64,000 bases of DNA. Origin: an uncultured Alphaproteobacteria bacterium. GTDB taxonomy: Bacteria; Pseudomonadota; Alphaproteobacteria; Acetobacterales; Acetobacteraceae. Below, piece after piece: positions 9,316 to 19,423 of this stretch (position 1 is the stretch's first letter; every line of letters begins with the position of its first letter). The notes beneath the pieces were generated by a model, which saw only the letters and a program-made list of their open reading frames with translations, was not told the origin of the DNA and made no database searches. The stretch spans positions 39,306 through 103,305 of the forward strand of contig CAVZBG010000001.1 of assembly GCA_963773345.1 (NCBI GenBank), given 5' to 3'. The translations under genes were made by a program, and so were the position numbers.

Positions 9316-10116
9316 ATGCGTAGCAGCGCGCGCCGCATCTGGGGGATGATGTACCGCCACCTGGCGCTGTACCGCCGCTCCTGGCCGCGGCTGCTGGAGC
9401 TCGCCTACTGGCCGGTGCTGCAGATGTGCATCTGGGGCTTTACCGCCCGTTACCTCGCCGCCCGCATGGGCAACCCGATGGCGATCACCGGCGGTCTGCT
9501 GCTCGGCGGCGTGCTGCTGTGGGAGGTGGCGCTGCGCAGCCAGATGGGCGTCGCCATCTCCTTCCTGGAAGAACTGTGGTCGCGCAACCTCGGCCACGTC
9601 TTCGTCAGCCCGCTTCGCCCCTGGGAACTTGTCGCCGCCTTGATCGGCATGTCGATGATCCGCATGGCCGTCGGCGTCACGCCGGCGATCCTGCTGGCCT
9701 GGGGCCTCTATGCCTTCAACCTGTTCGCGTTCGGCCCGATCCTGGTGCTGTTCTTCGCCAACCTGATGATGATGGGCTGGTGGGTCGCGCTGGGCGTGGT
9801 GTCGCTGATCCTGCGCCACGGCGCCGGAGCCGAGGCGCTGGCCTGGTCGGTGCTGTTCGGCCTGACCCCGTTTTCGGCGGTATTCTATCCCGTCGCCGTG
9901 CTGCCGGCGGCGCTGCGGCCCATCGCGTTGGCGCTGCCCTCGGCACACGTGTTCGAGGGGATGCGCGCGGTGCTGCTGCACGGCGAGATCGCCTGGGACC
10001 ACATGGCCTGGGCGGTCGGGCTGAACATCGCCTGGACCCTCGCCGCCGCGCTGGTCTTCGCCCGTCAGTTCCGCGCCGCCCGGGTGCGCGGCGCCCTGCT
10101 GAGCATCGGCGAATGA
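9316..10116 (+). CDS. ABC-2 type transporter permease
   Basis: MRSSARRIWGMMYRHLALYRRSWPRLLELAYWPVLQM... with about six hydrophobic segments. Its stop overlaps the next gene (ATGA at 10113-10116). Confidence 0.8.
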   Translation: MRSSARRIWGMMYRHLALYRRSWPRLLELAYWPVLQMCIWGFTARYLAARMGNPMAITGGLLLGGVLLWEVALRSQMGVAISFLEELWSRNLGHVFVSPLRPWELVAALIGMSMIRMAVGVTPAILLAWGLYAFNLFAFGPILVLFFANLMMMGWWVALGVVSLILRHGAGAEALAWSVLFGLTPFSAVFYPVAVLPAALRPIALALPSAHVFEGMRAVLLHGEIAWDHMAWAVGLNIAWTLAAALVFARQFRAARVRGALLSIGE

Positions 10117-10736
10117 CCGAGCCGGCACGCCTCTGGCTAATCCGTCACGCCCTGGTGGACGAGAACGCGCGCGCCATCCTCTACGGCACGATGGATGTCG
10201 AGCTCTGCCCCACCACGCTGCTCGAGCAGGCGCCGATGTACCGCGCACTGGCCGACCGCCTGCCGCGCCCGGCGGCCTGGGTGGTGACGCCGCTGAGCCG
10301 CACGCGCCGCACCGCCGAGGCGATTTTTGGCGCCGGTTATCCCACCCAAGACCTGCGCGTGGACCCTGGCCTGATCGAGCAGCACCTGGGCGAATGGCAG
10401 GGCCTGGCGCATGCCGAACTCCCCGGCCGCCTGGTGCAGCCGAAGCATCCGTTCTGGCCGCTGGCCGGCACCGAGCGGCCGCCCGGGGGCGAAACCTTCG
10501 TCGAGATGATTCTCCGGGTGGGCCCGGCGATCGAGGCCCTGGCCGCGCGGCACCGGGGCGAGGACGTGGTCGCGGTCAGCCATGGCGGGGCGATCCGCGC
10601 CGCGGTGGCGCATTGCTTGCGCATCGGCGCCGACAACGCACTGCACCTGTCGATCAACAACCTGTCGCTGACCCGGCTGGAGCGGCATCCCGACGGCTGG
10701 CGCGTGGTCTGCGTGAACGAGCTACCCGGGTACTAG
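10113..10736 (+). CDS. Histidine phosphatase family protein (phosphoglycerate mutase/CobC-like)
   Basis: LWLIRHA (RHG-type motif), EWQG and a later SHGGAIRA motif. Confidence 0.8.
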   Translation: MTEPARLWLIRHALVDENARAILYGTMDVELCPTTLLEQAPMYRALADRLPRPAAWVVTPLSRTRRTAEAIFGAGYPTQDLRVDPGLIEQHLGEWQGLAHAELPGRLVQPKHPFWPLAGTERPPGGETFVEMILRVGPAIEALAARHRGEDVVAVSHGGAIRAAVAHCLRIGADNALHLSINNLSLTRLERHPDGWRVVCVNELPGY

Positions 10737-10767
10737 TGTAGTATCTCACGCAAAGCTATACAATCAG

Positions 10768-11230
10768 TCACTCCGCGGCCGGGGCGGCATGTTCAGCGTT
10801 GCCCTGCCACGGTTCACCTTGAGGATGATGTCGTTCGCAGATTTCGTCCAGACGAAGGGCTTTGGATCAGCATTGTTTTGCTCGATGTAGTCGTAGATGG
10901 CGCGCTCGAATTTTTGTGATCGTCGCTGCCGACGCAACTCCGCTGGCGGCTCAAGCCGGATTATGCGGCGGACAAGTCCCGAGCCTCCGGATCAAACGCG
11001 CCGGTATCGCACCTTGCAATGCCGGCGCGCGCCGGACCTGGTGCTGCAGCTCCACCAGCGGCGATCCGCCGCCCACGCATTTTTTGACCCACATCGCCTG
11101 GTTGCCCGGTGAACGTGAAGTTGTCCACCCACCGGCCGAGCCACAGCCAGTTCCGCCAATTCGGCGCGGCCTTCCGTGATCAGAACGACGCGTCCCTGTC
11201 CGGCGCGCGACGTCGTGTTACGTTAGCGTG
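10768..11230 (-). pseudogene. IS630-family transposase, C-terminal remnant, frameshifted
   Basis: The reverse strand ends FERAIYDYIEQNNADPKPFVWTKSANDIILKVNRGRATLN...*, a typical IS630/Tc1-type C-terminus. The upstream part is readable only in broken frames. Confidence 0.6.
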
Positions 11231-11244
11231 TCGGTTCCGGCCAA

Positions 11245-12939
11245 CTATCCCTGAGGATAGTTGGCGTGAAAGTCGTTCCGCCACAGGAAGTTGGTGGAAG
11301 TTATGGTCACGCTGAAATCGAGCGACTTGACCTGATGCCACCAGCCAACTGGCATGAAGAGAATTTCCCCCGGCTCAAGCAGCACATCGTAGAGACGTAG
11401 CCCCGCCAGGCGCGGGTGCCGCACCAGATCGATGTCAGTCGCTTCCAGATCTGAAATCTCGCTGAACACGTGCTGGTCGTTATACAATTTGCCGACCTCG
11501 GCTGCGGGCGCGAGCTTGACGCGCTTGCGGCCGACGATCTGGGCGATCAGGTTATTGGTAAGGTCGTGGTGGAGAGACGTCACGGTACCGGCGGGCCCGA
11601 TCCATATCATTCCGTGAGGAACGGCGACATTGCGGTCAAGGAACTTGTCCAGGAACCCGAGGTCATCATGCAACACCGACAGGGCCTCGGCGTTGCGCGC
11701 CGAATTGTAGGCCGTGAGGTAAGCATCGTTTCCGGCACCAGGCCGCAGGATTTGGTCGATGAAAGCATCGAATGGCGCCTCGCGTCGGTGGGCGTCCTTG
11801 TATCTCTCGAATCGTTGGTTGGCGGTGCGCTCGCCCTGGAATTCAACCGGCCGGGTGCCGACAGCGGCCTTGAGGTACCCCGGCGTCCAGCGTGTCAGGG
11901 CCGGCCAGTCCGCCATTTCGTCCTTCAGGATCACCGGTCGATTCACTGCATAGTATCGCTCAAGGAACTCTTCGGCGCCAAGTCCGGAACGTCGTTCGAT
12001 GATGGTCAGGCGCGGGACCAGGTCACGTTGACGCTCGAGCGATTCCAGCAGCCACTCGCGTTTCGAGAGGGCCAGACGCAAGGCGGCGGTCTCTTCGGAT
12101 GAGGCCCGGTCGGCCGGGATGTCCTGATGGGTCGGCATTCGTAGCGCCATCTGCGGCGGGGCGTCATCTTCCGGCGCAGCGGGAATATCGGGTGTGGCGC
12201 TGCTGTCGAACCGCTGCAGCCGCAGCCGGGCGCGATGATCCCTGACGAGGCTCTGTCCGCTGGCGTCGACCCCGCGGTAGTAGTGCTTTTGCCAACGATC
12301 CGCCGGCAGGTGCGGCGCGTTTGTCGTCATGCGCTGGTGGAATTCGTCGCGCGCCCGGCTCCAGCTCCGAAATCTCTCCATCGTCGCCGGGTCGGCTTCC
12401 AAAGGCTCAAATTTCGGCGCGAAGTCTTCAATCGCCGCCCGCTGGACGGGGAATAGGAAGCAGAACGGCTCCAGGGCGTCGAAATGGATCCATTGGCCCG
12501 GGCGGGTGAAGCGCCAGTTCATCGTGAAGGTGAACGGCGACCAGTCGGTCTCGACGATGCCGGTCAAGGGTGAGATGCCGTCCTTGCCGCGGTTCGGCGA
12601 TCCACCCACCCAAAGGTTCCAGCCCGTCGGGGTGCGAAAAATCCCCTCGATGTGGAATGTGATCACCCCCTGGCCGAACAGCGACACCGGAACGCGCTCC
12701 GGCTTTGCGCCCGGCTCCGGCCGGATGGTGATCGCGTCAACGCCCGCTTCGCCGTTCCAGATGGCGTCGAAGGCGCAAGGACTTAGCACCTCCCAGCCGT
12801 GAGCATTGGCAATGTTGAGGGGTAGGCAGCGATAGGCGAACGATTCCGGCGTGTCGTCCATCCAGGCGCGCGTCGCGGGCGCCGGCCGGACAAGCGGCGC
12901 CCAGCCGGGGTGAAGGTAGCAGATCAGGTCCATATGCAT
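11245..12939 (-). CDS. Fusion protein: DUF6065-like N-terminal domain plus JmjC/cupin-8 (Fe(II)/2OG oxygenase-like) C-terminal domain
   Basis: I place the start at MHMDLICYL (12937-12939), because the upstream part of the 640-aa ORF overlaps an IS66 fragment on the other strand. N-terminal FAYRCLPLNIANAHGWEVLSPC. C-terminal TSLHHDLTNNLIAQIVGRKRVKL...MPVGWWHQVKSLD (HxD...H). Confidence 0.65.
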   Translation of the reverse strand: MHMDLICYLHPGWAPLVRPAPATRAWMDDTPESFAYRCLPLNIANAHGWEVLSPCAFDAIWNGEAGVDAITIRPEPGAKPERVPVSLFGQGVITFHIEGIFRTPTGWNLWVGGSPNRGKDGISPLTGIVETDWSPFTFTMNWRFTRPGQWIHFDALEPFCFLFPVQRAAIEDFAPKFEPLEADPATMERFRSWSRARDEFHQRMTTNAPHLPADRWQKHYYRGVDASGQSLVRDHRARLRLQRFDSSATPDIPAAPEDDAPPQMALRMPTHQDIPADRASSEETAALRLALSKREWLLESLERQRDLVPRLTIIERRSGLGAEEFLERYYAVNRPVILKDEMADWPALTRWTPGYLKAAVGTRPVEFQGERTANQRFERYKDAHRREAPFDAFIDQILRPGAGNDAYLTAYNSARNAEALSVLHDDLGFLDKFLDRNVAVPHGMIWIGPAGTVTSLHHDLTNNLIAQIVGRKRVKLAPAAEVGKLYNDQHVFSEISDLEATDIDLVRHPRLAGLRLYDVLLEPGEILFMPVGWWHQVKSLDFSVTITSTNFLWRNDFHANYPQG

Positions 12940-12944
12940 CCTTG

Positions 12945-13215
12945 CTGCCAAGCTTCCCGGTGGTTGCCGGAAAAGCGTCTCGCGACACCGGTGGCCGATG
13001 TTTTCGGGGTAAGCCCGGCTGCCGCAACGATTGCCCGGATCAGCCAGGACTGTGCCCAGCGGTTCATTGGTCTTGTCGATGCCATGCGCGATCGCGTGGC
13101 GACAGTGCCCATCCAGCGGGTGGACCAGGCCGCGTTCCGCGCCACCGGCAAGACGCAGTGGCTGCACATCGCCTCAATCACCTGACTCACGTTCTACTGC
13201 GTCACCATCAAGCGC
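12945..13215 (+). pseudogene. Internal fragment of a divergent IS66-family transposase
   Basis: FGVSPAAATIARISQDCAQRFIGLVDAMRDRVATVPIQRVDQAAFRATGKTQWLHIAS is colinear with LQISEGALDAMLQRAKPSFDNEVAAILARLRRSRIVCSDETSVRIDGRTHWNWVF of the intact copy at 20682-22049, but only distantly similar. Confidence 0.5.
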
Positions 13216-14012
13216 GGCGGACTTCGGCCCGCACCGCTGCCGATGGGGCCAGCACCGCCATCGGGCATGGCAAAAACGTCTTGGATCGATTTGATTTCCG
13301 GCAAGATATAAACAATACCGCGTGTGCCGGTGAAAGCTTTGAGCACTACTTCATTGTAGAATCTCACGGGGACGTTGATGCAGCCGTAGGTAATTCTCTT
13401 GTCGAGTGGGGACGACGTCGCCAATCGCTGCAGTCGATGGTCGCCGGGGTTGCCGGTGACCACACGATGAAGACCGACGGCGGCGCGGTAATCTATCCAA
13501 AGAATATCCTGGTCCATGTCACGGCCCAGGACGGCCACGAACCGGCCCGCCGGGGTCGTTCGCTCGTCCGGCCGTATGGTAGATAATTTTTGGCTGCCTA
13601 TACCGGGGACGGTATCGTCGCCGCGGGCCTTGCCCAGAAGCGCGAATGTGGCGCCGCGCAATCGCCCAACGTTGTCAAAGACGAATACTTTCGCTTCGAT
13701 TTTGTCGATGATTACGAAGGGCAAGCCGCCATTGTCGCCTGTCGCCACAACCCAATCCGCCACGCGCCGCGTATCTTTCGAGGCAATCTCTCCAAGGAAA
13801 TCCGCTCCTTGCGGCTGGCTCGCCCGTGACGATGGGACAGGCGGCGCCGGACGAGCGGATGCGTCTGGATCGGCGGGAACCGCCTGATTGGCAACGGCGA
13901 GGAGCGAAGCATTGCGCGCTGGAGCGAGGGTCGGCCATGCCAGCACGACCGCCACCAGGACCAGTCGAATTCCCCTCACGGTGTTCTTTATGGTCTTCGC
14001 CATTCTACGCAT
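13194..14012 (-). CDS. L,D-transpeptidase (YkuD) family protein, secreted
   Basis: N-terminal signal-like IRLVLVAVVLAWPTLAPA. C-terminal GLHRVV...ITYGCINVP resembles the H...GC catalytic motif. Confidence 0.6.
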   Translation of the reverse strand: MRRMAKTIKNTVRGIRLVLVAVVLAWPTLAPARNASLLAVANQAVPADPDASARPAPPVPSSRASQPQGADFLGEIASKDTRRVADWVVATGDNGGLPFVIIDKIEAKVFVFDNVGRLRGATFALLGKARGDDTVPGIGSQKLSTIRPDERTTPAGRFVAVLGRDMDQDILWIDYRAAVGLHRVVTGNPGDHRLQRLATSSPLDKRITYGCINVPVRFYNEVVLKAFTGTRGIVYILPEIKSIQDVFAMPDGGAGPIGSGAGRSPPRLMVTQ

Positions 14013-14027
14013 GACCGGTTGTGGTTT

Positions 14028-16429
14028 CTAGAAACGAGCTGGCTTGGGTGGAAACTCTGGCACCGCGGGCACGGCAGCCGGCACCGCCGGGGTCGGCAGG
14101 CTTACGCCGCCACCGAGCACGGTGAAGTTGACTCCTGGACCGAAAAGCACCGGCGCGAACAACTCAGGAATCACAGTCGGCGCCAGAATTAGTGTCGGTG
14201 ATGGCGTTGGTGTCGGAGTTGGGGTCGGTGTCGGAGTTGGTGTCGGAGTTGGTGTCGGAGTTGGTGTCGGTGTCGGAGTTGGTGTCGGTGTCGGAGTTGG
14301 TGTCGGTGTCGGAGTTGGTGTCGGAGTTGGTGTCGGTGTCGGCGTTGGCGTTGGTGTCGCTGGGGTGATAGTCCCGCTCGTTCTAAACCCGGTAACGCAG
14401 CAGTTAGCCGCGAGCGCATAGTTAGCGGCGTCTGGACCACCGAGTGTATAGCCATTAAAGGTGACGCCGATGTCTGATCCCGCGCTCGAACTATCAAAAA
14501 CGGCGGTCGCTCCCTGACCGGCCACCAAAGTGACCCCGACAGGGACACCAGAGACAGAGGTGCTATTGAACCCGCCCGTGAGGGTCGCCATCGTCGAGCC
14601 GGCGGAACCCACAGCAGTCGGGAAGACCAACATGTATTCAGTCAGCGTGGGACCCCCGGTCAGGGTGAAGTCAGGTGAATAGTCGGTCGGCGTCGCGTAT
14701 GAGGTCGGATTGTAATCAATGACGATTGCGAGGGGTGTCGCGTTTGACTTCGTGACCGTAATGGGTGGAGTACCGGGATCGATAATCAGGGTGCCGCCGG
14801 CAGCACCCGGTCCGGTACCACCATTACCAGCGATCAGCGTCATCCCCGATGGCAGGTTGAGGTCCTCAGAGGGAATAGTGCTGCCGTTGGTCAGCGTAAG
14901 AGCCGCGCTTGTGGTCAGGTGGATATTATCCGCGGCGCAAATCTCGATGTTTCCGTCGGTCGTCGTCATGGCCGCGTTCAAATTCATGTTGCGCCCAGCG
15001 CTCAATAAAACGCTGCCATTGACGGTTGTAATCGCTGCATTCACGGTGACATCGCGGCCACAACACACCACAAAGTTTCCGTTGGTTGCGGAAATTGCCA
15101 AATTCAGGTTCACGTCGCGAAAGGCGTCCAACGTCAGAGTGGTTGGGCTCGATGACGCCGTCCAACTGATCGCATCGTTGATGGTTATGTCGCCGCTACC
15201 AGGTGTCGAAGACAAATAAGTGGTCGTGGGAGGGGTTCCGGGGGCCGTAACCGGATTGGGGGCGCCGGACGTCAATGGAGTGATGGTACTGATGACCACG
15301 CTGTTCGTTACCAGCAGAGCGTCGAGTGTTGCGCCAGAGACGTTGCCTCCCGTAGGGGCAACGGTGAAATCCACGGGATCGATTGACAAGGTGCCGGTCA
15401 GCCCCTTGGGGGCGGCGGTGGTGATTTTTGCGGTTTTCGCGATATTCACGTGCGCGGCAGACGTTTCGATGGCGCCCCCATTCCCACCATTGGGGGCGCT
15501 GGCGTCCAGTGTCCCGGCTACGTTCACCGTGCCGCTCTGCATGTCGCCGAGAAGGCTGATTCTGCCGTTGTGGATGCCGACCGTCTGGGCCTCGATGACG
15601 CCCGTATTGTTGACCACGGTCTTGAGCAATTGGCCGGCCGCCTGCGCGGTCATCACCACCTGTCCGCCATTCGCCCGGATCACGCCACCGTTCTTTACGA
15701 GCGCCTTCACTGCACCTTTGTCGACGGCGACATTGAGCAAGCCGTCGCCAGCGACGTCAAGCGTGATGGCCCTTCCGGCGGCCAGCGTCACGGTGCCCAG
15801 CCGGGCGGTGATCAGGCCTTCGTTGTCGACCTTGGCGCCCAGCAGGGCGATGTAGCCGCCGCCGTCGGCGTTGATAGAGCCCCGATTGACAATCGCGCTA
15901 TTGCTGGACCCGGCGAATTTATAATTGCCCGCCATGAAGTTGGCGTCGGTGATGCCCAGGGTTGAGGTCACCAGCCCGCCGACGTTCACCTGCGCGCCCT
16001 TGGCGAACAGAACGCCGTTCGGGTTCACCAGGAAGACCTCGCCATTGGCCGACAGGCTGCCCAGTATGCTCGACGGATTCCCCCCAGAACGCGGTTCAGC
16101 GTGACCGAAGTGCTGTTCGGCTGGTCGAACTTTACGGCTTCACCCTGACCGATGCTGAAGTTCTGCCAGTTGATCACCGCTTTCTGGCTGGCCTGGTCGA
16201 CAGTGACCGTGCTCTTGGTGCTCGCAATGCTGGCCGAGCCTGCCGCGACCGTCCCGTCGGTCGGTAACGCATAGGCATTCGGTCGAACCGCCAGCACCAG
16301 GGTGACCGCCAGCCTCAGCACGCCCAGGTAACAGCCTCCGGAGAGGGCGGTAGAGCCGAGCCAACCGGCGCGTTTGATGGACATCGCGTGGCGGGTCGCG
16401 GGCACGAGATGACCGATTCTGTCGTTCAT
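14028..16429 (-). pseudogene. Two-partner-secretion exoprotein (TpsA; filamentous-haemagglutinin N-terminal domain protein) split by a 1-nt frameshift; start approximate
   Basis: ORF 16025-16453 carries [33 protein letters not shown]. The next frame continues [37 protein letters not shown] (the TPS-domain consensus). Beta-helix repeats follow, then an MBG/YDG-like segment ([20 protein letters not shown]) and a long (TP)n tract. Confidence 0.8.
14199..14362 (-). repeat. Hexanucleotide-type tandem repeat encoding more than 30 consecutive Thr-Pro dipeptides near the TpsA C-terminus
   Basis: ggtgtcggagtt/ggtgtcggtgtc units on the + strand. The translation is [11 protein letters not shown]...TPSPT. 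Confidence 0.9.
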
Positions 16430-16519
16430 GATCGGTCGGAGATTGCAGTCCATTGCAACGGGTCCTTGTGTAATACCGGCCGCCGAAAAGATTGACGTAC
16501 TCGGTGCCGATCGCTCCCC

Positions 16520-16584
16520 CCCGTCATGGGCGGGTCAACCCCCGGGTCAAGCGCCCGGGGGCAAGGCCTACTGGCCATGACGGG
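16520..16584. repeat. Palindromic intergenic repeat (cccgtcatgggcggg..cccgggtcaagc..ccatgacggg family), copy 1
   Basis: Hairpin-forming sequence. A related copy lies at 26965-27085. Confidence 0.7.
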
Positions 16585-16670
16585 CGGGGTCACATGCCGA
16601 CGTACGTCAGCCCTTCCGCCGCCTGGTATAAGAAGGCGATGCCGCGCGATATCTGTCGCTGACGCTGCCA

Positions 16671-18403
16671 TCAGAAAAATTTCACGATCTGGAACCAGAA
16701 CATGCCTGAGTTATCGGGATAGGAGGTCGCCTTCACACCGCCAACCAGGTGGGCGTAGGTAGCAGACACCAAGAAGTTGTTGGGATCGGACCAAACGACC
16801 CCGACCCCGACGCCGGTCCGGGTCAGGTCGTTTTGCCCGGCGGCAAAGGGATACTTCTCCACGGTGACGTAGCCATTATCGACAAAGGTGATCAACTGCA
16901 CCCGGCCTGGTAGCTGCTCCGGCCACTTCGGCAGCAGCAGCCTGGCTTCGAGGGTCGCCACATATCCTTCGTCGCCGTAGGCTTCGCCTTCCGGATAGGC
17001 GCGCACGGCGTTCGCGCCGCCCAGTTCCATCTGCTCGGAAATGTCCAGGTTTTTGGAGGCGACCTGTCCTCTGATCGCTCCGTAAAGCGATAACGGACCG
17101 ATTATATTCTGTAACCGGGAGGCACTGAACGACAGTTTGGCGTACACGCCTTCGGTTCGCGCGGTCTGCTCGTCCAACGCCCGCGCAGCGGGGGTTTCAA
17201 TGTCGAGGTCGCCAAAAGTCCCGAAGAGGTAATAGGTGTCCCATCCGCCGCCGCCGAACGTGTCGTGATGGTCGCCGCTGACGCCGACAGTCAGCACCGA
17301 GTCCTCCCTGTCGACCGAACTGGACGTGGCGCCTATGGCGTCGTGAAACCACCTCTCGTCGAAATCGACCAGAACGTGGAGATTGTTGTTGTACGATCGG
17401 ATCAGTGGATAGCTGCCGTAGAGGCTGGCGATCTCCTCCGAGCCATGGGAGTCCAGGTCCTTGAACTGCTTGCCGAGATGGTAGTCGAATGCGGTGAGGG
17501 CGACGCCCACCGTCCCGTCCCCGACCTGGCGTTGGTAGAAGGTGCGGCCATAGAGCATGCCGCCGGTGGTCGATGCCAGGACACGCAAACTGAGCACATC
17601 ACCGAACCCGAAAGGTTCGTTGTAATTGACGGTACCCCCCAGGAGGTAAGCGCCTGTATAGGGATTGCCCCAATTCTCGGCTTCAACGCTGCCGTCCACG
17701 CGCGGCCCTTGAATCACGCCGACGACCAGATCGGACGTCCCGACCGCGGTCCCGGGGGCCAATGTCGCATTCACTCCGACGCCGGGAAGGTCCGAGATTA
17801 TCAGAAGGCGCCGCTCAAGCGGTGCAGTCTCGACCGGGTCCCCGCTTTTCAGGCCATCAAGAATACGAATTAACACGACATCCGCGACATTCGTCTGATT
17901 ATGTAGACTGATCTCGCCATAGCGCCCCTCGATCACGGCGATCGTCACGGCTCCGTCCGTGATGTCCTGGGCTGGCAGATAGGCTCGCGCTACAAAATAC
18001 CCGCGCTGGTTGTAGTAGCTCGTAATTCTCGAAGCCATCGCCCGCAGCTCGGGCAAGGTCAATTCGCTGTCCGGCCTGAAGCCCGTGGCCGCGATCAGTT
18101 CCGCTTCGGAAAAGCGCGTCTGCCCGGTCACGTGCAGTAACTTGACGACGAACTTCTCGCCGCTGGGCACTGGAGTGATCGGCGCCTGGGGTTGCGGAAT
18201 CGGGAGTCGGGAATTGATTTTTCCAGAACCGGGGCCGGCGGAATCTGCTGAATTTGACCGCCCGCGCCGACAGGCAACTGGGCAAAAGCGTTCTGGGCCG
18301 CCGCACATAGGGCGACCACAAGTGAGGCGACCGCAAGCCGGCCCAGCTCAAACCCGGAAGTGGCTGCAGCCGCCGCGTTTGACCTGGAAGTTGTCGCGCT
18401 CAT
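16671..18403 (-). pseudogene. TpsB outer-membrane transporter (ShlB/FhaC/HecB family) with a frame break after the signal peptide
   Basis: MSATTSRSNAAAAATSGFELGRLAVASLVVALCAAAQNAFAQ...GGQIQQIPPAPVLEK is in one frame, preceded by a Shine-Dalgarno aggaggg. POTRA and barrel (FVVKLLHVTGQTRFSEAELI...YAHLVGG...FWFQIVKFF) are in another. Confidence 0.8.
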
Positions 18404-18594
18404 GCTCGGACCCTCCTGGTTCGCATGCGGCAGAAGAAGGGACATTCCGACCTTGGCGCGAAGCACAAGAAGACCCTTTAGAACCTCGTTCTCCTGTTCA
18501 CCGACATTCCCCGGATGAACGATCAATCCGGCCGACGCAAAGCAGACTACCCCGCGCTCTGGGCGTTTTGCAACCGCAAAGTCGCTCGGAAAGG

Positions 18595-19215
18595 GTATCT
18601 GCTCAACCCGGCTGGAGCACTGATCCGCCGCGCGGAATTGCGAGAATCGCCTGATAAGCGTCGATGCCGCGTCGCGCTGCGGTTCCTAGGACGGATCGGA
18701 TGTCGGCGAACAGGTCGGCGCCCCAGCGTGATCGGAACCCGCCGGTGACCTTGCGGTAGGTGGCTGTGGGCCGCAACTCGCGCTCGCTGCTATTGTTGTC
18801 GGGCGGGACCTCGGGATGTTCGAGGAAGGTGAACAGGTAGCTGCGCACCTTGCCGTAGCGTTTGCGCAGCCGTCTGCCATGTTGATTGACCGGGGCGAGC
18901 ACGATCATCGCGTTCAGGTCGCGATCCAGCCTGCATCGATAGGAGCGCCGGGTACTCTCGGCGAGTTCCTTTCGCCGCCGCGCCAGCACGACCGCCCGCA
19001 GCAGCAGCATCCTCATGCGTGGCGCGAAGATCGTGTCGGCCGCCTCGATGGCATACTGGCAGTCGCGCAACTGTTGCGCCAGGCAGACCTGCCAAAGATC
19101 GGCATGGCGTTGCTGAGCGCCGTAAAGGTCGGAGACCCAGATGCTCGGCCGATGGCCGGCCAGCACATCGCTCACGACGCTGGCCGCGCGCCAACTGGCT
19201 GATCACCGGCACGTG
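18595..19215 (-). mobile_element. Truncated IS66-family copy (3' about 40 percent of the transposase plus the terminal inverted repeat)
   Basis: AGHRPSIWVSDLYGAQQRHADLWQVCLAQQLRDCQYAIEA...GGSVLQPG* is near-identical to the C-terminal part of the 20682-22049 transposase. The IS end gtatctgctcaacccgg lies at 18595. Confidence 0.85.
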
Positions 19216-19221
19216 ATCCGG

Positions 19222-19423
19222 GGGTGAAATAATGCATGATCGCGTAGGGATCGAGCGCCGGCGTCGTCGGCTTCTGGCGCATGTAGTCGTCGACGAAGCC
19301 GCTCATCGGCGAGGCGGCGGGATCGATCGTGCCGTCCTTCGTCCAGCCATGGATTTGCGTGCTGATGTCGGTGAACAACTCGCCGGGATCCGGATCGGGA
19401 ATACTGCTGATGACAGGCCGCAT
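19222..19423 (-). pseudogene. Possible phosphoesterase/phospholipase C family fragment
   Basis: IPDPDPGELFTDISTQIHGWTKDGTIDPAASPMSGFVDDYMRQ...DPYAIMHYFTPG resembles the conserved D.sH...Q..G.mdGFv...vMgYy region. It is truncated by the IS fragment. Confidence 0.35.

Noticed and set aside
12945-19215. Idea that the two IS66 fragments (12945-13215 + and 18595-19215 -) are halves of one IS split by an inversion of the TPS locus
   Set aside because: The right fragment is nearly identical to the intact copy at 20569-22057. The left fragment is only distantly similar at protein level, so they derive from different IS66-family members.
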